A stretch of DNA of 63,686 nt, filler included, from Octopus bimaculoides (GCF_001194135.2; 5 parts of 4 records of this genome joined end to end with filler, not necessarily neighbours in it), one strand, 5' to 3'. Positions 22,991 to 35,771 are shown, counted from the first letter of the whole stretch. Translations and numbers: made by a program. Notes: generated by a model not told the origin, from the sequence alone.

Positions 22991-24857
22991 TGCATAGATT
23001 TATATTGGGTTTTCATATAGCAGTGAAAAAAAGGAAAGAAAAGCACTACTTTTATCTGGTATTAATTTTTGTTTGTTTATCTGTGAAGGAAAATATGACA
23101 GTCAAACCCTGAAAATAATTTACTAAGGAAACCTATTTCTGCAACTCAGCTAAATATTTATTTCTACGGCTCTACATCATATTTTGTCCACAGCCGACTG
23201 TTATTTACTTATTTATATATCCATTGTCATGAAAAAAGAAGAAAAAAACACTACTTTGCAGGAAAATCAATGTTTCGTGTTATTGTTTCGTTCTAGGTCG
23301 CTCCTGATTGAACAGATTGATCAAAGATTAAAGTAGTTCAAACCGTGACCATCCCGTTTATTAGTATGCTCTTGTATATCATGAACTACATAATTTCCCA
23401 ATGACCCTTAACATTTTTTTTAGACAGTAGTGTCATTTAAGAGAGATTTGGTCGCTATTTCTAACAGCTCAAGCAAAAGATGTTGCCTCTCGGTCGTTAT
23501 GTTTTGTGTAATAATGTATGGGCAGTCATGTGAGATATGAGAATTTTCCTTGTTTATAACTAGAATTATAGTAAAGGAAATCAAACACGAGAAGGAATTT
23601 TGAATTAATAACCAATGATGACGTCACTGAGTTATTCTCTGAACATTTCTATTCTTCTATGTCCATAAATATACAATTTAGTACATTAACTAATTAATTC
23701 TGTCATCATTACTTATGCAAGTATGATGAAGGCAGTGGTCCGCTAATGAGAACATAATAAGACTGAAATGTGTCCAGTGTTGTTTCCCATTCTTCAGTGG
23801 TCTAAATAATTAAAACATTATTAGTTAATGAGTAATATTGCCTTTTTTCTTCATCACTTAAGTATATCTGTTTTTTTTTTTTATGCCCTTTGCATTAAAT
23901 ATGTTAAACTAATTTAACCATTGATATACTAATTCCAGTAACATTGTTTCTTTCAGATCAGCAAAGGATCTCACAACTTTGTTCATGTTCTTGGTATTGT
24001 TGTTGTTGTAGATGAAAGGCATCTCGCCGCGACCATCTGGTTTTATTTTGAAGCATAATGCATCAAGGTCCATGTTATCCAATATTTTTTCTATTTTTAA
24101 GATAAGTTGTAATTTGAGGGAAATTTGGCTACTATATCTAATATGTTTCGTAACCGCGAATTGCAAGAGTGCCCAATCCATAATTTGCCGGCGCCAAAGA
24201 TATTTCATGGTGCCTACCCCACCCAATAAATCTTTGCTTTGTTTGGCTCATAACAAAGAGTAGCAGACAATTTGAATTTAAAACCTTCAAGTATTTTTAT
24301 CTTTTGAGACTAGCAGTTTCAAAGCATTCTGAGAACTAGCAGTTTCAAAAGATTTTGCTATCATCTTATTTAAGTATCATCTTATATAAGTGTTTTAATT
24401 TCCTAAAATAAGTTATTTCTTATAATAAATAGTTTATTGAAACTGAATTTTATGTTGTGACTCTAGTTTCACGACACTGCGATCTTCGGATGTGTACATA
24501 CAAGTTTTGACGAGGTGATCGTGTAGTTAAGGTACGTAAAACAATAATAGTTCGCCCACTTTTTACACTGAGCTCGAAGATACAATGAACACTGCGATAC
24601 GTTGTTTCCCAAAATGAGAAAGATCCGATCAAATATAACAGGTACAGATTATGCTAATATTCAGGAGTCCAAGGGATTGAATATGACAATGGCTGAGATT
24701 TAGCGGTTATTCCTAGTGCTGGTTCATCGTGAAGATTTTATGCTACATTAAAGAGAGGAAGATACTCAAAAGCAAATGATAATGCATACTAAAAGAGCGC
24801 AGAAGCATAAGAAAGAAATGGATCTGTTGTGGTCGTGAGTTTGAAAGAAGCGGTTAC

Positions 24858-24955
24858 CTGTTTCTCGTTATTAATAACAGTGCCGAGTCTCCTATACCTG
24901 TAAGTGAGCAAAAGATTTCTCCAGCTTTCATCATTTGGTTGGACATATTGTCGAC
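24858..24955 (-). CDS. candidate host exon B2 VDNMSNQMMKAGEIFCSLTGIGDSALLLITRN(R)
   Basis: catctacttatttatag| ... cag|gtaacc; 98 bp, open in phase 0 to 2; joins B1 and B3 in frame. Confidence 0.55.
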
Positions 24956-25009
24956 CTATAAATAAGTAGATGATAGCATTTTCCTTTGTTTTCACCCGCC
25001 TTTTAATTG

Positions 25010-25234
25010 TTATATTATAAAAAATAGTTCTGTGAGTGTGTGTTCGATTTTCACGCAAAAACGGCTGCACGAATTGGTTCCATACTTGGAGTGCATGAAT
25101 AATTTGACCTGGGATACAATAATATCCTGATTACCTCCTTCGTAATCCCGAAAAACATCGTGACCATTGGTCCAGCCGTTTGACCGTGAAGAGGGAACAA
25201 ACAGACAGACGGACATAACGCCCATTATAGTAGG
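25010..25234. mobile_element. Helitron/HINE-like fragments in the intron between B1 and B2
   Basis: tatattataaaaaatagttctgtgagtgtgtg...cacgcaaaaacggctgcac and ccagccgtttgaccgtga...aacaaacagacagacggaca. Confidence 0.5.
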
Positions 25235-25351
25235 AAGTTATGCTTCACAGCCAGTAACTTATTATTCTTAATTATGTTTTCAGCTCCTATTATCACTCAT
25301 ATTCACCCTCTGCTGTTTATTCCGAATTCTGTTAGAACCTTTTTTTGTTAC

Positions 25352-25426
25352 TTGGACGACGGAAATGAACCGAAGCATCAGCTTATTGTTCTCCTCCGAG
25401 GAATAGAAACTTATTGAAATACGTGG
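25352..25426 (-). CDS. candidate host exon B1 PRISISFYSSEENNKLMLRFISVVQ
   Basis: cagctttcctcttag| ... caa|gtaaca; 75 bp, only phase 0/0 is open. Confidence 0.5.
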
Positions 25427-25479
25427 CTAAGAGGAAAGCTGATTGACATACAAACTTACATATATCTTTTGTCGTTTAC

Positions 25480-25612
25480 TTGGAGACTTTGAGTTCAAAT
25501 CCCGCCAAGGCGAACTTTACTTTTCATCAATAAAATAAACTAGTAGTCTCAAGTATTGAGCTCTATTACATCAATTAACCCCTCCACCAAAATTGCCGGC
25601 CTTGTGCTTAAT
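25480..25612 (+). mobile_element. SINE family D, degenerate
   Basis: tgagttcaaatcccgccaaggcgaactttacttttcatc...aaattgccggccttgtgc. Confidence 0.7.
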
Positions 25613-25617
25613 TCATA

Positions 25618-25834
25618 CGATGGGGTGCTGAAAAATTCGTGGCTTTGGGTAGAAGAAAATACAGGAGTATCAGTCAATTATGATTTTACCCAACATATTC
25701 CTCTCTTAGATTCTCACACTTATTGCAGCGGTCCTTCAGTTTTTCTAATCCCTGCAAAAGAACTCAGAAGGTTGGGCCTCCAACTAGGCCTTTCGCGATA
25801 CTATTAAAGCCAGGAACATTTCAGCACCCTCTCG
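25618..25834. mobile_element. Tc1/mariner-type MITE
   Basis: Imperfect TIRs cgatggggtgctgaaaaattcgtggcttt / aaagccaggaacatttcagcaccctctcg, flanked by TA on both sides. Confidence 0.8.
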
Positions 25835-26171
25835 TAAACCGTTTTTAAAGAACGAAGTATTCAATGATGAAACTATCAAATACTATTAAACAACGGAAGT
25901 ATTCAACAATGGAAATATTCCATTATTGTATCGTTTCGTATTTGGCGTGCTGATGCTTTATATATTTGATGGAAAATTTTAAAAATAATCAATAGGAAAA
26001 ATACAAGTGAAAAGTCATTAAACTGGATACTGACCGGGAAATATAGGTTAAAATATTCTCAAGTGCACCACTTACAATTTCACGAAAGATTTACTGCCAC
26101 AATAGTTATTTAAATGGCCAAGAAGCATTGTAAAGTGAACGCCAAAATTAAATTTTATTTCACTCTGAAAT

Positions 26172-26300
26172 GCTTCCACATGTGTTGGGTTTATCTCCAC
26201 TGCGCGGCACCTTGGGCAAGTGTCTTCTAATATGACTCTTGGTCGATCAATGTCTTATGAGTCAATTTAGTAGACGGAAGCTGCGTGGAAGTCTGTCGTA
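26172..26300 (+). mobile_element. CORE-type SINE (family C)
   Basis: ccactgcgcggcaccttgggcaagtgtcttct...tagtagacggaagctg. Confidence 0.8.
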
Positions 26301-26310
26301 TACAATAATA

Positions 26311-26354
<44 letters not shown>

Positions 26355-26756
26355 TTATAAATATACAGGGATTAGCAATTGAGTTGCTTCTCCANNNNNN
26401 NNNNNNNNNNNNNNNNNNNNNNNNNNNNNNNNNNNNNNTTAATTAATTAANNNNNNNNNNNNNNNNNNNNNNNNNNNNNNNNNNNNNNNNNNNNGTTTAA
26501 TGCTCAGGAAGTGAGAAAGTCTTTTATATTTTGAGCCTATGCTCTTCAACAGAAAGGAACACAGAAATAAGCAGAGAGAGAAAATAAAAAAGGTTTAGTG
26601 GCTAGCGATCAATCATATATATATATATATAAAAGTATGAGTGTGTGTGTATGTTTGTGTCTCCATCTCTGTTATGGTTTTTGTAAATGGAAGTCATTCA
26701 TTTCAGATATTCTATGAAAACATGTCTAACTATGGGGAAATATTATTTTACTTAGG

Positions 26757-26884
26757 AACTGGTAAGGGTTGGCAACAAGAAAGTCATCCAGCCATAGAAA
26801 ATCTGCCTCAATCAATTCTGTCTCACCCATGCAAGCATAGGAAAGTGGTTGCTAAAAAGATGATGAAGATGATGATGATGATGA
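26757..26884 (+). mobile_element. SINE/LINE 3' fragment with the RTE-type tail
   Basis: gggttggcaacaagaaagtcatccagccatagaaaatctgcc...cccatgcaagcataggaaagtgg..(gat)n. Confidence 0.7.
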
Positions 26885-27099
26885 TGCGTGTGCGTGTGTG
26901 GACAGAAAAAAACATCAAAAAGTATCCTCCTATATCCAAAACCTTTTGCTTCCTATTTACATTGAACATTTGTAGGTATAAAGAAGTAAAGGCATGCTTT
27001 TAGTCACCTGATTATAATACTAATGTACATAAACACCCTCAGCAAGCACAAACTTTCTTAGATCAAACCACACATAAACTCCTTTTTATCTTTGGCATT

Positions 27100-27735
27100 T
27101 GAAGTGGTATCAAAAAGTTTCTGGACTAGTTACGTTTAATAAAAAATAACTTATTTACCTAAGTTTTAACATCATCTTCTTTGAAATAGCCACCTTGTGC
27201 AGCAATATACTGATCACAGTATACCTGCCACTTTTGGAATCTATCCTGGAAGTCATTTTCCCTAAGTGAGTTGAGGACCTGTGATTTGCTCTTGTTAAAA
27301 CGGCAGCTTTTGGGCTGCATTTTCCTCTTGGGGAAGAGATAGAAGTCCACAGGTGCTAAATTTGGTGAATAGGGTAGATGCAGAAGCGATACCATGTTGT
27401 TTTTGACAAGAAACTCATGAGTGAAGAGAGCTCGGTGACAGGGTGCATTGTTGTTCTGAAGAATCCAATTCTTTGCACTTTAAAAATCTAGTTGCTTTTG
27501 CTGAATGTCCTCCCTCAAACACTTCAAAACATCATTGATTGTCCTCCAACGATCCTCATGCATAATCTAATGAATTTTCACCACATTTCTGGGGGTGATA
27601 TTCGTGGGAGGTCTTCCAGGTCACTCATCATCTTTCAGGGACATTCTTCTGCTTTTGAAGCACCTGTGCCACTCAAAGCATTGTGTACAACTCATTGTCT
27701 CATTGTCATGAGCTTACTGAAGTATGCCCAATGCA
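27100..27735 (-). mobile_element. mariner transposon, internally deleted and decayed
   Basis: Minus strand CFEWHRCFK...PGRPPT (HTH), LQNNNAPCH, LPYSPNLAPVDFYLFPK and GGYF; TIR-like gaagtggtatcaaaaagttt at about 27101. Confidence 0.9.
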
Positions 27736-27739
27736 GATT

Positions 27740-28886
27740 ACTTCCATGTTGAATGATATGGAGCTTACCATCATGACTTGTGACTTCAACAGACATGTTG
27801 GACAATACTCTACTGAATTCAATGGTGTATATGGAGGTTTGGGCTTTGGCTCAAGAAATTGTTGCTAATTACTTGTTAATCTGCAACACTAACTTCAGGG
27901 AACCAATCAGTCGCCTGATCACTAAACAATCTAGTGGTCATACATGCCAAACAGACTTAATTCTCTAGAGGAAATGGGACAGATAAATGGTTGTGAATAC
28001 AATGTCCTTATCTGGTGCAGAAATAAATTTGAAAAAGGAAGATATGAAAGCATAAAGATATAGCAAACAGTCAGAAATTTAGAGTAACACTAGTGGAAGC
28101 ATTTGATGATGACAAAGAGGAGGAGATGGAAACTTACAGCATAGAAGACAAATGGAAGTTCATATAAGACAACCTACTGAAGGCTACCGACCAGGTCTGT
28201 GGCTGGTGCAAAGTTCCAACCAGACTGAAGGTGATATAGTGGTGGAACAGTGAGATAGACAGAGCCATAACAGCAAAAAGACAAGCTTGGAATGATTGCA
28301 AGAATGGGGCAGAAGGGAATTATACCTGATGGCTAAGACAGAAGGTAGGTGACAAGCTTACTTAGTAAGGAGAAAAGCAGAATATGAGAGGTTAGCCTAT
28401 ACTCTATGATGTAAGAGTCAGAGACATGATGTGTTCCAGATTGCAAAGTAATTAATATATCAAGAAGAGAATCCTGAGACTGTGAGTAAGAAGTGTGTAC
28501 AAATGAATAAAGCATGTTTGCACTCAGAATTTCTGAAAAAGAAAGAAGCAAGGGAGTGCTACAATGAATAACTCTTAAATATAGTGAATAAAAGAGAAAA
28601 AGAAGGTCTTCCCAGCAAGGATCCAGCATAGAGACCAGCCATTCTATTAGCCAACAGTATGATAAATAAAGCAATTAAGGATATGAAGGTCAGGAAAGCC
28701 CCTCATCCATCAGGAAGTATCACTGAAATGTTTAACATATTTGGCAGAGAAGGATATGGACTATGTCGAATGTCAAAAATAGACACTGGAGTGAGATATG
28801 ATCCTTCAGCCTATTGAATTTTGTCTAACTATCCAACCCATAGCAGCAAGGAAGGCAAATGTAAAGATGATGATGATGATGATGCA
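27740..28886 (+). mobile_element. old RTE copy with internal deletions
   Basis: Homologous to 41240-42310 (DFNRHVG, tggtggaaca, gcaattaag.atatgaag), then joins the ccaacccatagcagcaaggaag...(gat)n tail. Confidence 0.8.
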
Positions 28887-29149
28887 TACATACATTCATG
28901 CATAAACTACAAATTACATGAGCTCTACACTTCTTGGTCTCTCCTTCTCATTGAAATTTGCTGCTCCTAAATATTGAAGTTAACAACAAATATAAGAAGA
29001 GTTATCACTAAGATAAGCTTAGTTTATTTTGGGTTCTGAAAGCAAAGAGGTCAACAAAGGAAAGATCACAAAATGACTGTGGTGTAACTCCTGTTTATGA
29101 GGTAGAAACTCCTTGTTATTTTGGGTACTTGAGTATATATAAATTTAGT

Positions 29150-29345
29150 AAATGGAATAAAACACATATGTTAACTGCATACTTTTATTTCCAACATATG
29201 TTTCGAAGATTACAAATTATACCTTCCATAGGAATAGATGATGTTGATAAGAATGTAATCTCTTCAGGGAAATGCATGGGAACCAGCTTAAACATAATAT
29301 GAGAACTGTAGTTGGAGAAGGATGTTACGTAATTTATTTGAAAAT
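29150..29345 (-). ncRNA. PLE terminal repeat with a minimal type-I hammerhead motif (left inverted arm)
   Basis: Minus strand: catgcatttcc-CTGAAGA-gattaca...tgtaatcttc-GAAAC atat GTT-ggaaataaaagtatg (motif 29178-29278). It is an inverted copy of 31415-31556. Confidence 0.75.
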
Positions 29346-29465
29346 ATGTGACTATTAAATTCACAAGAGAGTACCGACAGCAATAACATTAAGTCAGGCA
29401 TTACAAACCTTTACCATAATAACAATAATAATACTAATAATAAACCAAGGAACAATAATTATAAT

Positions 29466-29927
29466 ATGATATATAATAATAATAATTACAACAACAAAAT
29501 CATTATTTCGGAAGTTAATAGCAAAAGAATTAGTTTTTTAAGTGATAATGCCAAACTCAAAAACACTATATATCAATGCCAGGTCAGCACTCCTACAAAT
29601 GTGTCCTTTTATATTGGATCATCTTCTTCGCCAATATCCTCCAGAATTTCCAATCATTATACATCCTTTAGAGATAGAAACAAACGAAATACCATGAGCC
29701 TTAGTAAATTAGTTTGGGAACTCAAAGACAATAACATAAAATTTAAATTAGACTGGCTAATACTTTCCATTTCTAGACCATATGACAAAGGTAGAAGAGT
29801 TTGTCCTTTATGTAATACCGAACTATTTTTTATTTTATTTTCAAAGAATAAATTGGTGAACACGTTCATCGAAAACTCTTACAGATGTAAACATTGGCAG
29901 CAACACGTGTTCACAGCATTTAAATGA
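29466..29927 (+). CDS. GIY-YIG endonuclease of a Neptune-type Penelope-like element; uninterrupted ORF, no RT
   Basis: TIYQCQV...FYIG...SRISNHYTSF..SLSKLVWELK...CPLCNTE...LVN...CKH. The frame stays open about 38 codons upstream through an Asn-rich linker. Confidence 0.9.
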   Translation: MIYNNNNYNNKIIISEVNSKRISFLSDNAKLKNTIYQCQVSTPTNVSFYIGSSSSPISSRISNHYTSFRDRNKRNTMSLSKLVWELKDNNIKFKLDWLILSISRPYDKGRRVCPLCNTELFFILFSKNKLVNTFIENSYRCKHWQQHVFTAFK

Positions 29928-30971
29928 TAAATACTTATTTATATAACGCTAACAAATTAACTTGTGACATATTAGTTCCTCAAATAATTCATGAGACACA
30001 TGGCAATTATACCTTTATATGTAAAAAGATATCATAGACTGATTTCGCTTGATACATGTTATCTAAACACTCTTTATTTGTAAACCTAAATTAGAACACC
30101 AACAACATCTATAAACATACACTATAGCATTATTTTCAGTTTAATTCATCATAAACATTACCTCCTACAATGTCTAATATGCTGTGCCCAATTAACCTTA
30201 TTCACTTGATTTCATACTTCATTGTACTTCCATATCATTCATTTACTACTTTCAATTTATTCAGCAATAGTAAGAGTTATTTATCATGTTCATAGTTATA
30301 TTAGTAACACTATTCTAAATCTACGAATTTAATTTATCATCTTAAACGTTCGTAGAAACATCTAAAATTCTGAAAACAATCCTAGTTCAATTGTTTACTT
30401 TCATCGCAAGATGAATCCCAAACATTTAAATATTCTATTCTATGACGTATTAATTACTGATCAACATAACATTCTATTTCATCTCTCGGAAAACCCTTGC
30501 ATTAACAGATATGGAACGGTATCACCGAAGTAAACTTTGATAATAATATTAACTTTGTCTTCACAAGTAATTTTTACTCATTCAACCCCTACTTCAGCCC
30601 AACTTTTTTTACATCTAACTTAATAACATAATCCATTTCTGTAGATTAATAGACCATCCATTAACTTCATTATTTATTAATTAATTATCAATCATTTAAT
30701 ATCTTATTAACTAATATAAGAATCACTTTCCTATACATATCCCTCTGCTTTAATATCAATTACCACACAACTACCGTGTGTATATACGTACTAAGGAGTG
30801 TATACTAATGCGTGTATGTATCCATGTACATACATAGAGACACACATATATATGTGTGTCTCTATGTATGTACATGGATACATGCACATATATATATATG
30901 TGTGTGTGTGTGTGCACATTCATGTATATGTATGAAATTATATATATGTAGGTGTTTGTATATATTTGTTT

Positions 30972-31011
<40 letters not shown>

Positions 31012-31086
31012 TGTATATGTATATGGTTGGATGTATGTATGTTTATGTATGTGCATGTAAATATGTGATGTATGTATATGTTTATG

Positions 31087-31117
<31 letters not shown>

Positions 31118-31414
31118 ATGTGTATGTATGTATATATGCATGTATATGAGTGTATGTGTGTATTTATGTGCGTATACATGTGTATATATGATTATACACA
31201 TTTATGTTAACACTATTTGTAGAAATACAAGATTAACTCCCCTTTACGGTCCCATTATTTACATAACATTTCTCTCCAATTTTTTATCGGATTTAAATCA
31301 TCTTAGTATCTCCTAACTTTATACTCTAAATTTTCTTTCTTTCGTTATCTCTTTCCTTCTTTTTCTTCCCTTCTTTCCAACATACTGTATAGTAGAGTCC
31401 CAACCTCCAACGGC

Positions 31415-31556
31415 TTTTCCAAATAAATTACGTAACATCCTTCTCCAACTACAGTTCGGTTAAAATGTCTTACGTTTAAGTTGGTTCCCATGCATTTCCC
31501 TGAAGAGAAGATTACATTCTTATCAACATCACCTATTCCTATGGAAGGTATAATTT
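31415..31556 (+). ncRNA. PLE terminal repeat with the 5' half of the hammerhead (right arm, runs into a gap)
   Basis: catgcatttcc-CTGAAGA(31500-31506)-gaagattaca ttcttatcaacatcacctattcctatggaaggtataattt[N]. Confidence 0.7.
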
Positions 31557-31969
31557 NNNNNNNNNNNNNNNNNNNNNNNNNNNNNNNNNNNNNNNNNNNN
31601 NNNNNNNNNNNNNNNNNNNNNNNNNNNNNNNNNNNNNNNNNNNNNNNNNNNNNNNNNNNNNNNNNNNNNNNNNNNNNNNNNNNNNNNNNNNNNNNNNNNN
31701 NNNNNNNNNNNNNNNNNNNNNNNNNNNNNNNNNNNNNNNNNNNNNNNNNNNNNNNNNNNNNNNNNNNNNNNNNNNNNNNNNNNNNNNNNNNNNNNNNNNN
31801 NNNNNNNNNNNNNNNNNNNNNNNNNNNNNNNNNNNNNNNNNNNNNNNNNNNNNNNNNNNNNNNNCAGTCGTTTCAATATCCACCTTCATTTATTATACAA
31901 TTAATAATTGCATTATGTGTTCCGAAAGCAGAAATCTCTTCAGGGCCAAAATCAACATATTTATCTTTA

Positions 31970-32321
31970 CGTTACTAACGTCGCCTTCCTGGCACTTGTG
32001 CCAGTGGCACGTGAAAAGACATTCGAGCGAGTTCGTTACCAGTCTCGCTGGACTGGCTCCTGTGCAGGTGGCACGTAAAATACACCATTTCGAGTGTGGC
32101 CGTTGCCAGTACCCCCTGTCTGGCCTTCGTGCCGGTGGCACGTAAAAGCACCCACTACACTCTCTGAGTGGTTGGCATTAGGAAGGGCATCCAGCTGTAG
32201 AAACTCTGCCAAATCAGATTGGAGCCTGGTGTAGCCATCTGGTTTTCACCAGTCCTCAGTCAAATCGTCCAACCCATGCTAGCATGGAAAGCGGACGTTA
32301 AACGATGATGATGATGATGAT
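31970..32321 (+). mobile_element. 5'-truncated RTE (3' UTR and tail)
   Basis: Matches about 44150-44482. Confidence 0.9.
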
Positions 32322-32419
32322 CCTAATAGATTGAATGTTTCTTATAGACAAAGATAGCATGAATTTTTTTTTGTGTGAGTGTGTGTTAGCATATTCACCT
32401 TTAAGCTTAATTGTCGCAT

Positions 32420-35400
32420 GCGTCTTTTACTCTCTGTGTGTGTACCATTATCTGATACTATGGTGTCTGTGACACCATATCTTGCAAAGAGTTCATGAAG
32501 AAATTCTATTGTTACTGTAGAGGTTGGTTTCCTACATCTACATATTTCCAGCTACTTTGTATAACTATCTACTACAATCAGGTAATATGCACCATTTACT
32601 GATCAACAAAATCTATATGAAGCCTGGTCCATGGACTGTCAGTTTTAAGCCATGGTTGGAATTTTACCAGTGGTGACTTGGCTGCAAGGGCACAACCTCT
32701 GCAGGGTTTCATTGACTCTTCAATGTCATGTCACAGTCCATTAGTGATTTCATTCTCAAAATCCTTGGGTGACCAATATGAAATTCCTTTTAATAAATGC
32801 TTTTGTAGTGCAGCTGGCACTTGTAGCCTTTGTGCATACATCAACACATTGTTATGCAGTGAGAAATGGTTTCCATTTGTGTTGTGCATATTTTTATTTT
32901 CTTTAGCCTTTAGTATTTCTTTCATTTTCATAATGAATTTATCGTTCTCCAATTTTGACCTTATGTCTGGTAACGTAACTGACAGTTCATGAATGATGTT
33001 ACACAAAATATTTTAACTTTTGTTAGCTGCTCGCAAAGTGGCAATCACAGTATCTTTGAATGGTTCTGCATTTTTCAAAATCAATCTTGATAAACAATTA
33101 GCATGGCCCAATTTCTTGGATGGTATATACTCCATCTTGAAATCATAGTTTAATAATACCATAGCCCAGTGTCATAACCTATTAACAGTATAGGTAGGAA
33201 TTCCATTTTTTTTTACCCAAATATCAATAATAATGGTTGGCGATTAAGTCTGTAGCTGAAAACTTCTACCGTGCAAAAATCTGTGAAATTTTTTTCATGG
33301 CAAAAATGATTGCTAGAGCTTTTTCAATTTGACTATAATTTTTGTCTGCTGATATCAGAGAACATGAGGAATGAACCACCGCCATCATGTTACCATCTTT
33401 ATATTTATGTAGCATTAATGCTCTTATATCGTACTCAGAAGCATCTTAAGCTACAACAATCTCTGCTGCAGGATCGAAGTGAGCTATCGACAAATCAGAT
33501 ATCAATATTCTTTAATTTTGTCTAATGCTTTTTGGCAATTTTCTGACTAATTCTGTTTCAAATCTTTTTTCAGCAAATTATTCAGTGGAGCCCTAACCTT
33601 ATGCATATTTAGGATATAATTTTGGTAATGATTTTCCAATCCTAAAAATACTTGTAAGATCACTATATTAGTCGGAGAAGGCATATTTTTAATTGCATCT
33701 GCCCATGACAGGTCAGGTTGTCTTCCATGTCTATCAACTAAATATCTTATTTCTGGTGAGAAAATTTCACATTTTTCTTCACTAATCCTTAATTTTTTTC
33801 AAATACATATTTTATATGCTCGATGTGTTGATCCCTGGATTTGCTTTTAATGAGTATATCATCCAGATATGGAACTGCGAATTCACAGTCTGCTAACATT
33901 GCATCTTTTGAAAAATCGCTGGTGCCACTCTTAGACCAAATGGTAACAAGTTGTACTTATACAGTCCTTTATATGTGAGTTAGCTGTTAGGTACTTCGAG
34001 CATTCATCATCTACTCTAATTTATAGGTAAATGTCAGAGATATCCAATTTAGAAAATATCTTTCTACCATTTAATTTCACAAAAATATCCTCCGGCGTAG
34101 GTAGCGGATTGTGGCACGTTTTAAGACATTTGTTTAAATCAGTAGAAAAATAGGCGCGCTCTCTGATTTTATTATTGTTTTTCTTGATATATGCTGCCCA
34201 TTTAAAATATTTCACTTTTTGGATAACTCCATTTTTCTTAGTCTCTCTAGTTCTTCATTGACTTGCTTCATCGCTATGAAGGGTACTATTTGTTTTGGTT
34301 TAAATACTGGTATGGCATTTTTCTTTATTTGAAAACACGTCTTTGCTTGGTACATAGACCTAATTTATCGGACAGGACTTCAGGAAAAATATTTTTTATT
34401 TTTTCTTTCAATTCATCTAACGACTTGTTTTTACTGGAGGAGAAATCATTTATACCTTTATGGGAAGGTCCCATAAATTAAGCAATTTCATCCAGTCAGT
34501 ACCGAACAAGTTTCTTGCATTATTTAACATAAAAGCTTTTGCTTTCAAGGTTTTACTCTAAAATGTAACCTCAGTTATCATTTCGTCCAAAAAATGTAAT
34601 TTTTTTCCTGAGACACCTTTCGCAATTTTTAAAGTTTTCATTAATGTAGGCTTTCCTATTTTTTTTTTCACGTGTCAGTGTTAATAATTGTAATATCTCT
34701 GCCTGTATCTAGCTGTAATTTCACATTCACATTATTAATTTTTATGCACACAAACTTTCTCTGACATTCCTCTGCCACTCCCTGCAGGGTCAAAATCTGG
34801 ACCTGTTCTAACTTTGTCAATACCCAGACACATATCTTTGCATCTTTGCTTGCAATTAACCCTTGAATAAAAATTAGACATTTGAACATGTCCTGAGTTA
34901 ATTCTTTTGATTTGAATTTTTCGCATTCTCGATTGATGACTCCGGCATAGGTGACGGAATCTTTAACATCTTTTATTACTAAATTCAAATACTCTCAGCA
35001 AGTATTGGACAGGGAAGTTCTCTCACTGAAAATTTTCGATAACAATTTAAAAATCTGCTCTTTTTTTTGCATAACCCTGTATTGATTTCATATTTTTTGT
35101 CAGAATGTAGTTACAGTATTTTTTTGTGTTTGGCTAGAGATAATTTTCTTAAAAGTAGTCATACCTTTTTATTGTTCATCCAATTTTTACATTCCGCTTT
35201 GAAGATTTCTTCATATCTTCAGAAATATGCAGTAAAAGTAATACCTTCTGGATTATAACTAAATTCTGCAATTGTGTTTGCTACGCCGTCTGACAAGAAC
35301 GAACCTGAAGTATTTTTGGACTTCAACATTAATTCCAGCAACTATTGGTATTGTTGTTGTTGTTGTTGTTGTTGTAATTGCTGCTGTAACTGTTGTTGCT

Positions 35401-35771
35401 GCTGCTGCAGTTGTACCATAGAGTCTTCCCTGTTATCTAATTTTTCTTTGATTTTGTATCAAAGGAAAATGTTAATGTCCGGCGTACGTTTCGAATAAAC
35501 TCGTCACCACTTTTATATCCTTCTATACGTTGGATATACAAATTTCACAATGCGGGCATAGACACAACTATCTTCACACAACGTACTTCAAATTATTCCA
35601 CTAAATACGGTACTCTAATAAATACAAACTCTCAACGATCTCAACGACTTCCATGAACTCTCAATGACTCCTACCACTTCTCTCATCTCAACCAACACAC
35701 TACTCTTTATAAGAGTTCAACTAGTCCATTCTTCCAATCCCACAGGGGCATCAATGACTCTCACCGCAACA
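32420..35771 (-). mobile_element. Ty3/gypsy LTR retrotransposon, decayed and 3'-truncated within the integrase
   Basis: 5' LTR, PBS-like tggtgacgag (35500-35509), gag (YAGVINRECEKF..FKCLIFIQGL), protease (VKLQLDTGRDIT), RT (PLPTPEDIF, FSKLDIS, LPFGL, YLDD at 33858-33869), GHANCLSRL, HIGHP..CRGC, LHELFARYG..IVSDNG. Confidence 0.9.
35513..35771 (-). repeat. 5' LTR of the gypsy element (~260 bp)
   Basis: Begins TGttgcggtgagag on the minus strand and ends just before the PBS-like motif; no second LTR seen. Confidence 0.7.

Noticed and set aside
23958-24263. Plus-strand exon after a strong acceptor (tttctttcag)
   Set aside because: All three frames hit stops within about 100 nt and no partner exon was found.
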